Assembly: GCA_965662235.1 (NCBI GenBank)
Contig: CBFIGY010000015.1
Coordinates: 1-64,000, forward strand
Length of the DNA stretch: 64,000 nucleotides
Origin: an uncultured bacterium
GTDB taxonomy: Bacteria; SAR324; NAC60-12
Reading direction: 5' to 3'
Both the position numbers and the translations under genes were made by a program. The notes beneath the pieces are model-generated. The model was not told the DNA's origin. It saw nothing but the letters and a program-made list of their open reading frames with translations, and ran no database searches. Below, piece after piece: positions 48,201-58,095 of this stretch; positions within the stretch are counted from its first letter, which is position 1, and each line of letters begins with the position of its first letter.

Positions 48201-48950
48201 CTCCACCTGCTGCGTCAGCACCTTCTGGTGAAATGCGGAAAGGTAGGAAAACCCGAAGAGGTGCAGCTTGGGACGCAGGAGGGCCGGTTGCTGCTGCTGC
48301 CGGGGCTGCTGGTGCCATTCCTCAAAGAAACGGGGCAGGGTGCCCAGTTTCCGGACCTCGCCCTCGGTTTCAGCACGGGACGCATTGAAGCGGGCCACCA
48401 GTCCGGTTTCCCCAAACAGGCGGTTCCAGATTTCCTGCTGCCACGCTTCTAGGGGACGGGCGGATTCGGGCAGGCGGTATTCCTTTTTCCGCCAGAGCTG
48501 CAGCATGTCCTCTCGGTTGTACTCGTACTGCTGCATCAGGTGCGCGATCTTTTCGGCAAGCTGAAAGAGTCGTCGTTCCTGCGCCCGGACGGAGGCATTG
48601 GGGTCTTGCTGCAGAAACTGCCGGACGGGCGCCCAGAGCGGATTGGGATCGTCAGAGACGTCCCGGAGGAGGGCAATGAGGAGTCGCTGCAGCTGCAGGG
48701 TGGTGAGCGGCTGCCGACGCGTGGTGCCGAGGCCCTCCTGCAGCGTCTCCTGCAGCGCTTTTTCCAGCAGAACAAACCGGAAGTTGGCTGCCACACCCAG
48801 ACGTTGCGCCAGCTGCAGAGAGAGCCACTTCTGCAGGCTAAAGTTCGGGACAGCAAGCACCTGAGGCTCAAAGGGATCGGTTCGCTCGAGCTGTTCGGCA
48901 AGAGGCGGAACCAGCAGGTCTAGGCGGTTGGCGTAGTGCAGCCGAGGCAT
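45270..48950 (-). CDS. recC: Exodeoxyribonuclease V gamma subunit
   Basis: LHYANRLDLL, VPN...KWL, LHLFG, NPCMEFW, HPLLKAWG, REVE, PMRPIPFRVVFILGL and LKRFLENP motifs. Confidence 0.9.
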   Translation of the reverse strand: MPRLHYANRLDLLVPPLAEQLERTDPFEPQVLAVPNFSLQKWLSLQLAQRLGVAANFRFVLLEKALQETLQEGLGTTRRQPLTTLQLQRLLIALLRDVSDDPNPLWAPVRQFLQQDPNASVRAQERRLFQLAEKIAHLMQQYEYNREDMLQLWRKKEYRLPESARPLEAWQQEIWNRLFGETGLVARFNASRAETEGEVRKLGTLPRFFEEWHQQPRQQQQPALLRPKLHLFGFSYLSAFHQKVLTQQVEQVREVCVYTLNPCMEFWEDLEPYWKQRRQFKQRPEAFQYLYEARRTQVTWNDLAPGELLRNDPDHPLLKAWGYPGRENIRMLNRWGDWDFFAHFRDPLGADASSVEVDAPDGVPGRTVLQHLQHDLLVREPQRSGATQLMLPADGSLEVVGCPTVRREVEQVANRIWELVQDSSHPEPLRFNEIAVIAPDLSLYQWELEQVFRSLYRLPYHLVDGHHGASGALMEAARQLLHLGLGDFSRREVLSLLQNPCFLQVLKTPSGEEALDTEAWVQWSEDLGIYFGKDAADFQEHGYAHLPEQRYHWQQGFQRLALGSYLEADQESVAWDDQDWVPGTVGDADAISAAQFQLVLQSLLADARFLATHHASAREWSRLLHRFFSTYLRPEDDYGQEAFQRLLETTQTFAHLEVLPTEDAPLSYPLVLEFFMQQYERTRFQQGHYLAEGVTVSPFQPMRPIPFRVVFILGLQEGSFPSKAPEDQLDLRDVSVPRTKDQTLRRRLIGDVSPMERDHYQFLETLISTSDRLILSYLNQDSKGEPQQPSSLVELLLETLNTGYLKDRLLPQRLPLTSYDPRYFPELEPLADGDFPQFSLSAFHQARAQVLRQQLEASQPLPERSELFSLLHTKLPAKLTAPLHPEAFTLPQATHLTLGQLKRFLENPLVAQTQRSLRLASDEEDLTDVEQEPFQLNALEETLLLREALGDALTSARGWEEAYGQVFQRWEQRGKLPPGVLQDGLREQHLGLMQRWEAQVQEWSEPTGGPKLVPRRLSVGPLSAWEREAWKRAPEAWILGPPLVISNVTLSGASGWWLCDGDQPRISLQLVRRALEAKKSSAQKEWLLPFLELVTLHAAGRLQDTTSREAYLLSRGEAGHGTFQVPLRSAAQAYLETVVQALQTERFDLLYSASGAQASHPFLRDPEAFNQKFQDWIRSQLDPSRPQFSLPREPFRFLEDLTPPDDPHAFTQARLGLYFQSLAFDH

Positions 48951-48958
48951 GAGACGGG

Positions 48959-49312
48959 TCAGGCCTCCTCAAGCTGCCGGAAGAAGCACGTTGGAGCGCC
49001 CGTGTGGCAGGCGGGTCCGGTCTGCTGCACCCGGTAGATGAGGGTGTCAGCGTCGCAGTCCACCCAGATCGCTTCCACTCGCTGCACGTGTCCAGAAGTC
49101 TCCCCTTTCTTCCAGAAGGCTTGCCGGGAGCGGGACCAGTAGTGGCCCCAGCCTGTTTCCAGAGTCAGGCGCAGCGCGGCTTCGTTGACGTAGGCCAGCA
49201 TGAGGACCTCGTTGGTGGCGCTGTCTTGAGCAATGACGGGGAGCAACCCGTCTTGCTTGGCAAAGTCCAGTTCAGCCAGAGAGACAGGGGTCAGCGGAGT
49301 GGAAGCGGTCAT
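48959..49312 (-). CDS. hisI: Phosphoribosyl-AMP cyclohydrolase
   Basis: [20 protein letters not shown] and ACHTG...CF motifs. Confidence 0.94.
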   Translation of the reverse strand: MTASTPLTPVSLAELDFAKQDGLLPVIAQDSATNEVLMLAYVNEAALRLTLETGWGHYWSRSRQAFWKKGETSGHVQRVEAIWVDCDADTLIYRVQQTGPACHTGAPTCFFRQLEEA

Positions 49313-49319
49313 GGAGGTG

Positions 49320-51692
49320 TTACTGAGGAACCAGGGTTTGGGTGTTTCCGGAGGTGGCTTCACGGCCAAAGGTCATAGGAAGATACTCCACATTGCGGTG
49401 AGGTTCAATCAAGTCGTCGTAGTGAGGGCTGAGGACGTTTCCGGACTGCCCGGTGGTGTGCATGAAGCGACTGGTGTTCCAGTCAGAGAGGTCGATGATC
49501 TGACGGTAGCTTGGACCCCAGTGCTGGGCATACCGTTCATGCGGTTTGTAAGAGGCCACGTTGACGGTGTTGCGGTCGCCTCCGTTTTCGATGCTGCGGT
49601 GAAAGAAGGGCTTGAGGTACGGAACCTCACTGAAGGGCGTGTGTGGGTACTGGGTCTGATGCAAAGCCCCCCAACGCCATTCCTGCAGGTCGCGCCCCAG
49701 CCGGTTTTCCAGCTCAGCCAGAGCCTGATGCAGGGCCTGCTGCAGCATGTCCGTACAGGTTTCCCGGGGGGTGGTCTTGCGGTGATCGCACCAAAACCGT
49801 CCCTGCTCCGGATCGGTGAGGAGGTTGACCAAGAAGACCTCGTGGTTGCGCCGCGCAAGCTCCTCATAAAGCCGAGGCCCCACCTCATCCTCCAGCAGCA
49901 CTGCGGTGAGGTGCGAGAGCCACGCTTCAAAGAGGCTGGCGGCAACGCTGTCTCGGGAAAGGTCTCCGTTCCACTCCTTCAGTAAAGCAAGGGCCTGCTG
50001 GTCTTGCTCAGAAGCAGCGGGCGTTTGCAGCAAGAGGGGCAGCAGTTTCGGGATCAGGGCGTTGTGCTGGTCGCCCTGGATGCGGGCCATGTCGTCAACG
50101 GTCAGTTTCTTTCCAGCCTGCAGGCGCTCCTGGAGCAGCTCCCGGATGCGCTCTGCCCGGTAGGGCGGCATCCAGTTGTTCGAGAGGTGGTAGGGGTAGA
50201 GGTCGGAAACGACCTTGTTGTTGGCTGTGACCACCCACCCTTCCGGAGGGTTGTACGCCTGAGGCAGTTGGTCGAAGGGAATCCAGTCGGTCCACTCGTA
50301 ATCGTTGGACCATCCTGGCGCCGGAGTCCAGCCCTTGCCCTGCGACCGGATGGGAATGCGTCCGGGAGCGATGTAGCCGATGTTGCCCTGGCGGTCGGCA
50401 TAGACAAAGTTTTGGCTGGGGGCAACGTACTGCCGGAGCGCGTCCCGGAACTCCGTCCAGTTCTCGGCCCAGAGGATGTCGGTGAAGGCATCAATGGTGG
50501 TGTCATCTGGATCCAGAGCGGTCCAACGCAGAGCCAGCGGTTCTGCGGTTTCAGTGACATCGCTGATCAGAGGACCATGCCGGGTGGCCCGGGCGGCCCA
50601 GAGGAAGGGCTGGTCCCGTCCCTTGACCAGGATGGGCTCTTCAGTGAGGGTCATCCGGTTCCAGGTTCCGTTGACAAGGTACTGATTGGGCTGGTCGGGG
50701 TTGATGCGCTCGCGGTAGAGGTCCTGAACGTCTGGGCCCATGTTGGTGACCCCCCAGGCGATCTGGTCGTTGTGCCCAATGGGAACACCCGGAAGCCCAG
50801 GGAAGGTGGCTCCGGTGACGTGCAGGGTCGGTCCCTGAAGCTCGACGAGGTACCAGATGGAGGGAATACGGGTGCCGAGGTGCGGATCGTTGGCCAGCAA
50901 CGGCAGCCCAGAGGCCGTCCACTTGCCGGATACCACCCAGTTGTTGCTCCCGACGTCAATGCCCCGGAGGCCCAGCTGGTCCTGAAGGAAGCTGTCTAGC
51001 GTCAGCAGTTCCTCCACGCTGGACGACGAGAGCCCTGCGAGGATGCTTGGCCCTTCTTCGGGATACTGGGGAAGCAGTTCCCGGGTGCGTTGGGGGCCCA
51101 GAAGTTCTTCCAGCCGGACCCGAAGAAGCTCCTGCGAGTAGTCGCCTCCGAGGTCCCAGGCCATCAGCTTCGCCCAAACGAGCGAGTCCACAGGCGTCCA
51201 GGGTTCCGGTTCAAACTGAAGCAGCTGAAACTCAATGGGCAGAACCGGAACCTCCTGGATCCAGGCGTTGACGCCGGCGATGTAGTGCTCAAACAGCGTC
51301 CGGGTCCGGGGCTTGAGGTGCGTCCAGGCTTCCTGAGCGGCCCGGCGGACTCCGAGGGTTCGGAGGAACTGGTCAATCTTGAGGGTCTTTTCTCCCAGGA
51401 TTTCGCTCAGGCGCCCGGCGCCAACCCGGCGGTTCATTTCCATCTGCCAGAGCCGATCCTGGGCATGCACCCAGCCGAGGGCAAAGAAGGCGTCGTTGTC
51501 GCTTTGGGCAAAGATGTGGGGCACGCCTGCCGAGTCCCGGGTGATGTCAATGGGGCCCGAGAGGCCGTCGAGGGAGTAGGTGCCGGAGGAGCGGGGGAGG
51601 CTGAACCAGAGGTACCCTCCTCCGGCCAGTGCAGCAAGGATGACAATCAGGATGCCATAGACCAGCATCCGTTTGAAGAAGCGCTTCAGCAT
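49320..51692 (-). CDS. Penicillin acylase family (Ntn hydrolase) protein
   Basis: [23 protein letters not shown] (nucleophile Ser) and LLANDPHL motifs. Confidence 0.92.
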   Translation of the reverse strand: MLKRFFKRMLVYGILIVILAALAGGGYLWFSLPRSSGTYSLDGLSGPIDITRDSAGVPHIFAQSDNDAFFALGWVHAQDRLWQMEMNRRVGAGRLSEILGEKTLKIDQFLRTLGVRRAAQEAWTHLKPRTRTLFEHYIAGVNAWIQEVPVLPIEFQLLQFEPEPWTPVDSLVWAKLMAWDLGGDYSQELLRVRLEELLGPQRTRELLPQYPEEGPSILAGLSSSSVEELLTLDSFLQDQLGLRGIDVGSNNWVVSGKWTASGLPLLANDPHLGTRIPSIWYLVELQGPTLHVTGATFPGLPGVPIGHNDQIAWGVTNMGPDVQDLYRERINPDQPNQYLVNGTWNRMTLTEEPILVKGRDQPFLWAARATRHGPLISDVTETAEPLALRWTALDPDDTTIDAFTDILWAENWTEFRDALRQYVAPSQNFVYADRQGNIGYIAPGRIPIRSQGKGWTPAPGWSNDYEWTDWIPFDQLPQAYNPPEGWVVTANNKVVSDLYPYHLSNNWMPPYRAERIRELLQERLQAGKKLTVDDMARIQGDQHNALIPKLLPLLLQTPAASEQDQQALALLKEWNGDLSRDSVAASLFEAWLSHLTAVLLEDEVGPRLYEELARRNHEVFLVNLLTDPEQGRFWCDHRKTTPRETCTDMLQQALHQALAELENRLGRDLQEWRWGALHQTQYPHTPFSEVPYLKPFFHRSIENGGDRNTVNVASYKPHERYAQHWGPSYRQIIDLSDWNTSRFMHTTGQSGNVLSPHYDDLIEPHRNVEYLPMTFGREATSGNTQTLVPQ

Positions 51693-51866
51693 TTACCCCC
51701 CGGTCTTGAGTGCCTGCCGGACCTCTCTCCTCGGTCAAGAAGGGCGGTTTCCGTGAGATCCAGCAAGATTTCCTGCATTGAAGGCTCGCATGATCTCCGA
51801 TAAAGTAAAAGCCTCATGCATCAATAATTCGCGAGCCTTCCGGTTTGCTCTACCTGAGAGAAAGAC

Positions 51867-52166
51867 ATGGATACTGTAGTATATTCAATGAAGCTGGTAA
51901 GCGGTGACGAACTCCTGGCTCGAGTTGCTTCTGAGGATGACGAGTGGTTTGAGCTGGAGCAGCCCATGACCATTGCGATGACGCATCAGGGCATGGCGAT
52001 TGTTCCTCTGCTGGCTCTGGCAAAGGAGCAGCCGCGCATCAAGGTCCGGAAGAACAACGTCATCGCCTACGCCGAGGCACACAGTGAATTTTCTGGCCGG
52101 TACCTAGAGGCGGTGACCGGAATCACCACGGTGCCCCCCACCGGGATTGAACTGGCGTCTCGCTAA
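51867..52166 (+). CDS. Phage-type Sm-like domain protein
   Basis: MKLVSGDELLARV...PM...GMAIVP...Y...TGI pattern of the small Sm-like proteins of T4-like marine phages (recognition by eye). Confidence 0.6.
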   Translation: MDTVVYSMKLVSGDELLARVASEDDEWFELEQPMTIAMTHQGMAIVPLLALAKEQPRIKVRKNNVIAYAEAHSEFSGRYLEAVTGITTVPPTGIELASR

Positions 52167-53146
52167 CGCTGCCAGAACTCCGCTGCCAGCGGCGCATGCC
52201 GCATCAGCCCCAGGGCCTCCACCGCTTGCGGAAGCGAGGCCCACGGCACCCACACCCGCTCCACCTGCGGATGCGAGGCAACCGCCCAAACCCACAGCAT
52301 TCGCGCTGAAGCCGTCCGGAGCTCCGGAGGCAAAAACGGCTTCAGGGCCCAGCGGAAGGGCTCCGTTTCGTTCCACAGCTGCTGCTGCAGTTCCGCTCGC
52401 CGCGACAGGAACAGGAGCCGCAGTTCCTGAAACAGGGCGTCTTCCGCATGCCGCACCCGCGGTTCTTCCTGAACCTGCGTCTCCCGCAGGTACTGCAGCA
52501 GTTCCGGAATCAGAATCCCTGCCATGAAATCATCCCAGTCGGTCACCCGCTGACACGACGCCTGCCCGGCTTCCAGCAACTCAAAGTAACGGCTTCCTAG
52601 GTCGGTAACGGTCCGGGCATCGCGCTCCTCCAGCAGGTACCGCAGCTGCGTCCCGTAAACGGCGCTGGGGGCGGCAGGAGCCGGATCGGCTTCGAGGTAG
52701 TGGGTGCTGGGGTGCAGGAGCACCTCCGGATGCTCCGGATGCCACTGAGGGGTCAGGTCTTCAGGAAGCAGCCAACTGGCGTCAGAAAGAAGGAAATCGA
52801 GAGGAGCCCCCAGCACCTGCTCTGCTAGGTACCGGAAGGTTGCAGCCAGGTGCGTTTTCTGGGGCAGACCGATCGTGCCGATTTGGGTGCCAGCCAAGAG
52901 GCCTTCCTGCAGGAGCGGAACCGGCTCGGCAAGAGAGAGTTCGGCAGGCGCCTCGAGGTGGATGAGCAGCTGCTGCCCACCGAGGCGTCCGAGGTCCGGA
53001 AGAACGTGCAGCAGCGAACGAGCATTTGAAAGCCCCACATACAGGCCCATCCGAAAGGCGGTCGCGTCTCGGCGCCAGAAGGTGTGGTAACCCAGCCGCT
53101 GAGAAATCTGTTCGGTGGTTTCTGCAGCGGAGGGCCCACGACTCAT
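52163..53146 (-). CDS. Hypothetical protein, possibly a degenerate aldo/keto-reductase-like fold
   Basis: Same strand and 14 bp downstream of uxuB; only a weak C-terminal resemblance to AKR-like proteins. Confidence 0.45.
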   Translation of the reverse strand: MSRGPSAAETTEQISQRLGYHTFWRRDATAFRMGLYVGLSNARSLLHVLPDLGRLGGQQLLIHLEAPAELSLAEPVPLLQEGLLAGTQIGTIGLPQKTHLAATFRYLAEQVLGAPLDFLLSDASWLLPEDLTPQWHPEHPEVLLHPSTHYLEADPAPAAPSAVYGTQLRYLLEERDARTVTDLGSRYFELLEAGQASCQRVTDWDDFMAGILIPELLQYLRETQVQEEPRVRHAEDALFQELRLLFLSRRAELQQQLWNETEPFRWALKPFLPPELRTASARMLWVWAVASHPQVERVWVPWASLPQAVEALGLMRHAPLAAEFWQR

Positions 53147-53160
53147 GGAAAGAGGTCCGG

Positions 53161-54606
53161 TTAGGGGAGAAAGTTTTGCTCAAACGTGGCAATGAGGGCT
53201 TCGGTAAAAGGCGCATCACTTGCCAGGTCGCGGCCAAAGACTTCCTGAACCTGCAACAGCGCCCGGACGTAATCGGGCAGGCGGTCGGGGATCAGAGAAT
53301 CAGCTTGACGGAACCCGGACTGTTCCGCAAGCACCTGAAAACGTTCTGCCAGAGGATCCTGGACGGTGAAGGGCTGGAGCTGACCATTGAGCCCGGTGAC
53401 GTAACGCATCCAGGCGGCAATGGCTCGGGTGATTCCAGGCGCCGGACGTCCGGATGCCTGAAGGTCACGGAGGGTTCCGAGCAGTCGCTGAGGCAGCTTT
53501 TGTGACCCGTCCATGGCAATTTGATAGAGCCGGTGCTGCAGCGCAGGATTGGCGTATCGCTCCAGAAGCGCATCGCGGTAGGCCGGGAGGTCGGTGCCCG
53601 GAGGCAGGTGGAGGGTGGGGATGATTTCATGGTTCATCAGGTCACGGAGCATCGCCTCAAAACCGGGCGCCTGCACCGCGTCTGAAACGTATTCCAGCCC
53701 TGCCAGAAAACCCGTGTAGGCGAGGGTGGAGTGGGTGCCGTTGAGCATGCGGAGCTTCATGTGCTCAAAGGGCCGAACGTCGTCCACCATCTCTGCCCCC
53801 ACAGCGTCCCACTGCGGACGTCCAGCGACAAAGTGATCCTCAATCACCCACTGTCGGAAACGTTCCCCCACCACAGAGCCCGCATCTGGACCTCCGAGCA
53901 AAGCCGCAACGGTTTCTCGGTCAGCGTCTGTGGTGGCCGGAACAATGCGGTCCACCATGGTGCATGGGAAGGACACGTTTTGCTCAATCCAGGCAGCGAG
54001 CTCAGGATCTCGTAGCATGGCCAGCTCAAGCGTCAGGCGCCGGACGACCTGTCCGTTTTCCGGAAGGTTGTCGCAGCAGAGAACGGTCACGCCTCCGGAG
54101 CCCTGTTGCTGACGCTGGGCCAGTCCCTGAACCAGGAAACCCAGCGCGCTCTGAGGAGCTTCCGGGTGGGCAAGGTCCTGCACAATGTCTGGGTGCTGAG
54201 CATTGAGGCGTCCGGTGGCCGGATCGTGGCAATAGCCCTTTTCGGTGACCGTCAGGGAGATGATGCGGGTTCCGGAAGCTGCGAGACGTTCCAGCACACG
54301 TCCGGGAGCTTCTGGGGCAAAGAGCACCTCCTTGACCGCGCCGATGACGCGGATGAAGTCGCCGGAGCCATCGCGCTCCAGCAGGGTGTAAAGCCCCTCT
54401 TGCGGAGCAAGCTGGTCTCGGATGTCCGGACGCCGGAGGCTGACGCCGCAGATGCCCCAGTCGCCGCCAAAGCGCTCCAGGACTTCGTCGGTGTAGAGGG
54501 CCTGGTGTGCGCGGTGGAAGGCGCCAATGCCCAGGTGGACGATGCCGATGCCAACCGCGTCTCGGTCGTAGCGGCGGCCAAAGTGTTGGTGCAGAGCAGA
54601 GGTCAT
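53161..54606 (-). CDS. uxuB: D-mannonate oxidoreductase (mannitol dehydrogenase family)
   Basis: IVHLGIGAFHRAHQA, LTVTEKGY, CDNL, MVDRIVP, KLRMLNGTH and IAMDGSQKLPQR; adjacent to uxaC. Confidence 0.85.
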   Translation of the reverse strand: MTSALHQHFGRRYDRDAVGIGIVHLGIGAFHRAHQALYTDEVLERFGGDWGICGVSLRRPDIRDQLAPQEGLYTLLERDGSGDFIRVIGAVKEVLFAPEAPGRVLERLAASGTRIISLTVTEKGYCHDPATGRLNAQHPDIVQDLAHPEAPQSALGFLVQGLAQRQQQGSGGVTVLCCDNLPENGQVVRRLTLELAMLRDPELAAWIEQNVSFPCTMVDRIVPATTDADRETVAALLGGPDAGSVVGERFRQWVIEDHFVAGRPQWDAVGAEMVDDVRPFEHMKLRMLNGTHSTLAYTGFLAGLEYVSDAVQAPGFEAMLRDLMNHEIIPTLHLPPGTDLPAYRDALLERYANPALQHRLYQIAMDGSQKLPQRLLGTLRDLQASGRPAPGITRAIAAWMRYVTGLNGQLQPFTVQDPLAERFQVLAEQSGFRQADSLIPDRLPDYVRALLQVQEVFGRDLASDAPFTEALIATFEQNFLP

Positions 54607-54609
54607 GGT

Positions 54610-56022
54610 TCAGTCAAACAGGTAGGCTTTTTTGACAAGACGGTAGGCCAGGTCGATGGCCACTTCACGGGCTTCGTCTTCAGGAAGCCGGTGCTCACAG
54701 ACCAGTTCCGCCAGGAAACGGCAGTCGATGCGCCGGGCCATGTCGTGCCGGGCCGGGATGGAAAGAAAGGCGCGGGTGTCGTCGTTGAACCCAACCGTGT
54801 TGTAGAAGCCTGCGGTTTCGGTGGTGTGCTTCCGGAAGCGCAGCATGCCTTCGGGGCTGTCATGGAACCACCAGGCTGGCCCCAGCTTGAGGATCGGGTA
54901 GTGTCCGGCAAGTGGCGCGAGTTCGCGGCTGTAGCTGGTTTCATCCAGCGTGAAGAGGATCAGGCTCAGGTTGGGCTCGTTGCCAAAGCGGTTGAGCAGC
55001 GGTTGCAGAGCGTGGACGTAGTCGGTGGGGGCAGGGATGTCGGCGCCCTTGTCGCGTCCAAAGCGCTGGTAGAGGGGCTGGTTGTGGTTCCGGAAGCAAC
55101 CTGGGTGCAGCTGCATGACAAGGCCATCGTCCAGACTCATCCGGGCCATCTCGGTCAGCAGCTGACCCCGGAACATTTCAGCATGCTTGCCGGTGAGCTG
55201 TCCTGCCAGCGCCCGGGAGAAGAGGCTTTCGCACTCAGCCGTCTCTAGGTTGGCAGTGACCGCGCTCGGGTGTCCGTGGTCGGTGGAGGTTGCCCCCATC
55301 TGCTTAAAGAACTCCCGGCGCTGCGCTAGGGCCTTCAGGTAGCCCGACCAGGTTCCGGTGTTTTCTCCGGTCAGGGCGCCCAGGGCTTCCACGTTTTGCA
55401 CAAAGCCCTCAAACTCTGGATCGACCACGGGGTCGGGTCGGAAGGCCGTGACCACCTTTCCAGACCATCCGGACTGCTGGATTGCCTGGTGGTGGACCAG
55501 TTTGTCCAGCGGCGACTCGGTGGTGGCAAGGACCTCAATGTTGAAGCGCTCAAAGAGGGCCCGGGGCCGGAAGGCATCAGAGGCAAGGAGCGCGTTGACT
55601 TCGTCGTAAATGGCGTCTGCCGTTTCTGGCGTGAAGGGGGTTTCCACCCCGAGCACCTCATGAAGGGCGTGGTCGAACCACATCCGTGAAGGCGTGCCAC
55701 GGAAGAGGTAGAAGTGCTCGGCAAAGCCTTGCCAGATCCGCCGCCGGTCCGACTCCACAGGGCTGCCGTCACGTGTCGGAATGCCGATGCTCTCAAGCGT
55801 CACGCCCTGGCTGTAGAGCATGCGGAAGAGGTAATGGTCGGGAATGAGAAAGAGGTCGGTGGCGTTGCTGAAGGGCTCATTGTTCGCAAACCACGACGGA
55901 TCCGTGTGTCCATGGGGGCTGATGATCGGGAGGTCCTTGACCTCCGCATACAGGCGCCGCGCCACGGCACGCTGGTCCGGATCAGAAGCAAAGAGACGGT
56001 CAGGGTGGTTGTACAGAGTCAT
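54610..56022 (-). CDS. uxaC: Uronate (glucuronate) isomerase
   Basis: ISPHGH, PDHYLFRML, STDHGH, GPAWWFHDS and NDDTRAFLSIPARHD motifs. Confidence 0.95.
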   Translation of the reverse strand: MTLYNHPDRLFASDPDQRAVARRLYAEVKDLPIISPHGHTDPSWFANNEPFSNATDLFLIPDHYLFRMLYSQGVTLESIGIPTRDGSPVESDRRRIWQGFAEHFYLFRGTPSRMWFDHALHEVLGVETPFTPETADAIYDEVNALLASDAFRPRALFERFNIEVLATTESPLDKLVHHQAIQQSGWSGKVVTAFRPDPVVDPEFEGFVQNVEALGALTGENTGTWSGYLKALAQRREFFKQMGATSTDHGHPSAVTANLETAECESLFSRALAGQLTGKHAEMFRGQLLTEMARMSLDDGLVMQLHPGCFRNHNQPLYQRFGRDKGADIPAPTDYVHALQPLLNRFGNEPNLSLILFTLDETSYSRELAPLAGHYPILKLGPAWWFHDSPEGMLRFRKHTTETAGFYNTVGFNDDTRAFLSIPARHDMARRIDCRFLAELVCEHRLPEDEAREVAIDLAYRLVKKAYLFD

Positions 56023-56031
56023 GAAGGATCC

Positions 56032-57081
56032 TTAGGTTGGAATTCCGGCAAGTTGCAGTTCTTGCGCACGGTGGCACGAGACCCAATGGTTGGGAGACAC
56101 CTCCTCCAGCGTGGGCACCTGCTGGCGACACTGGTCGGTGGCAAACGGACACCTGGGGTGAAAGTGACAGCCGGAGGGGGGATTCGCCGGACTCGGCACT
56201 TCTCCCTCCAGTGGCGTCATTTGGGAGCGGACGCGTGGGTCTGCGACCGGAACCGCTGACAGCAGCGCCGCCGTGTACGGGTGCCGTGGTGCCTGAAACA
56301 GCTCCTCACTTGGCGCCGTTTCCACGATCTTCCCCACGTACATGACCGCCACCCGGTCGCTGATGTGCTTCACCACGCTCAGGTCATGAGCAACAAATAG
56401 GTAAGTCAGCTTGAGCTGCTCCTGAAGTTCGAGCATGAGGTTGAGCACCTGCGCCTGCACCGACACGTCCAGGGCTGAGACCGGCTCATCGGCAACCACC
56501 AGCCGCGGATGCAGGGCCAGGGCCCGAGCGATGACAATCCGCTGACGCTGCCCGCCACTGAAGGCATGCGGAAAACGCTGCATGTACTCCGGACGCAACC
56601 CCACCAGACGCAATAGTTCCGCAACCCGGTCCGCCCGCTCCTGTCGGTTGGTGACACCGTTGACCAGCATGGGCTCCCCAACGAGGTCAAAGAGGTTCAT
56701 CCGCGGATTGAGTGAGGCAAATGGATCCTGAAAGATCATCTGCATTTCACGCCGCAGGGGCCGGACTTCTTCTGGCGTCAGCTTGGCCACATCCACCAGC
56801 GTCCCCTCTTTTTTACGGAACCAGACCTCGCCGTCTGTGGGCGTCACCGCCCGGAGTAGGCATCGGGAAGTGGTGGTTTTGCCGCATCCGCTTTCCCCCA
56901 CTAGCCCTAGGGTTTCGCCCTCGTTGAGGAAGAAGGTGACATCGTCCACAGACTTAACGTGCCCAACGGTTTTCTTAATGAACCCCTTGCGGATGGGGTA
57001 GTACTTCTTCAGGTTCCGGACCTCAAGGAGCCGTTCTGGTTGCATGGTGAAGGAGGTCGGGGTTGGAGAGTCAGGAGGCAT
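56032..57081 (-). CDS. Opp/Dpp-type ABC transporter ATP-binding protein (OppF-like)
   Basis: [25 protein letters not shown] and C-terminal GCHFHPRC. Confidence 0.93.
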   Translation of the reverse strand: MPPDSPTPTSFTMQPERLLEVRNLKKYYPIRKGFIKKTVGHVKSVDDVTFFLNEGETLGLVGESGCGKTTTSRCLLRAVTPTDGEVWFRKKEGTLVDVAKLTPEEVRPLRREMQMIFQDPFASLNPRMNLFDLVGEPMLVNGVTNRQERADRVAELLRLVGLRPEYMQRFPHAFSGGQRQRIVIARALALHPRLVVADEPVSALDVSVQAQVLNLMLELQEQLKLTYLFVAHDLSVVKHISDRVAVMYVGKIVETAPSEELFQAPRHPYTAALLSAVPVADPRVRSQMTPLEGEVPSPANPPSGCHFHPRCPFATDQCRQQVPTLEEVSPNHWVSCHRAQELQLAGIPT

Positions 57082-58087
57082 CCACCTCCTTGTGGTGCAG
57101 GAAGCAGCTGACGGTCTGCTCCGTTTGAACCGGCTTCAGCGCCGGGACCTGCTCGTTGCAGACCCCAGAAAGCGCCTCTGGGCAACGCTGGAAGAAGGGA
57201 CAGCCTTTGGGACGGTTGAAGGGGTGCGGAATGGATCCTTCAATGGTCGGCAACGGCGTCCGGTGAGCCGTGGTCAGCTTCGGAATCGATTGCAGCAAGG
57301 CGCGGGTGTAGGGGTGCTGGGGATTGTGGAAAATGGCGTCGACGGGTCCGGTTTCCATGACCCGACCGAGGTACATCACAACCACGTCGTCGGCCAGCTG
57401 AGCAATGACCCCCAGGTCATGGGTGATGAAGATGATGGCGGTGTTGTGCTGCTGCTGGAGCTTCCGGAGCAGGCTCAGCACCTGGGCTTGAGTGGTGACA
57501 TCAATGGCGGTTGTGGGCTCATCGGCAATCAACAGAGTCGGGTCGCAGGTCAGGGCCATGCCAATCATGGCACGCTGCCGGAGGCCTCCGCTGAGTTCCC
57601 AGGAGTAGCGTTCCATGGCGCTTTCCGGATGCGGAACTCCCACTTCCCGAAGTCGCTCAATCACCTGCTGGTGGGCGTCTTTCTTGGAAAGCGGCCGGTG
57701 CAGCATCAGGGCTTCCGTCAGCTGGTGCCCAATGGTGTGAACCGGACTGAAGGCGGCCATGGGTTCTTGAGGAATGAGCGCAATTTCGTCGCCTCGGATG
57801 GCCCGCATCTGTGAGCCTCGGGCGTTGAGCTGAGCCAAGTCGAGTGGTGCGCCGGCCTGCCGGGACTGGAACCAGATCTCGCCACTGGCGACCTCTCCGG
57901 GAGGTTCGATCAACCGGAGGATGGACTTGATGGTCGCACTCTTGCCGCATCCGCTTTCGCCCACAATGCCCAGCACGCGTCCGGGCTGTACATCGAAACT
58001 GACACCATCCACGGCCTTGACGGTGCCTTCATCTAGGTTGAAAACCGTCCGCAGGTTCCGGACGGAAAGAAGAGGAGTCGTGCTCAT
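57071..58087 (-). CDS. Opp/Dpp-type ABC transporter ATP-binding protein (OppD-like)
   Basis: [16 protein letters not shown] and ADEPTTAID; start trimmed to MSTTPLL. Confidence 0.92.
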   Translation of the reverse strand: MSTTPLLSVRNLRTVFNLDEGTVKAVDGVSFDVQPGRVLGIVGESGCGKSATIKSILRLIEPPGEVASGEIWFQSRQAGAPLDLAQLNARGSQMRAIRGDEIALIPQEPMAAFSPVHTIGHQLTEALMLHRPLSKKDAHQQVIERLREVGVPHPESAMERYSWELSGGLRQRAMIGMALTCDPTLLIADEPTTAIDVTTQAQVLSLLRKLQQQHNTAIIFITHDLGVIAQLADDVVVMYLGRVMETGPVDAIFHNPQHPYTRALLQSIPKLTTAHRTPLPTIEGSIPHPFNRPKGCPFFQRCPEALSGVCNEQVPALKPVQTEQTVSCFLHHKEVDAS

Positions 58088-58095
58088 GTCCGGGC

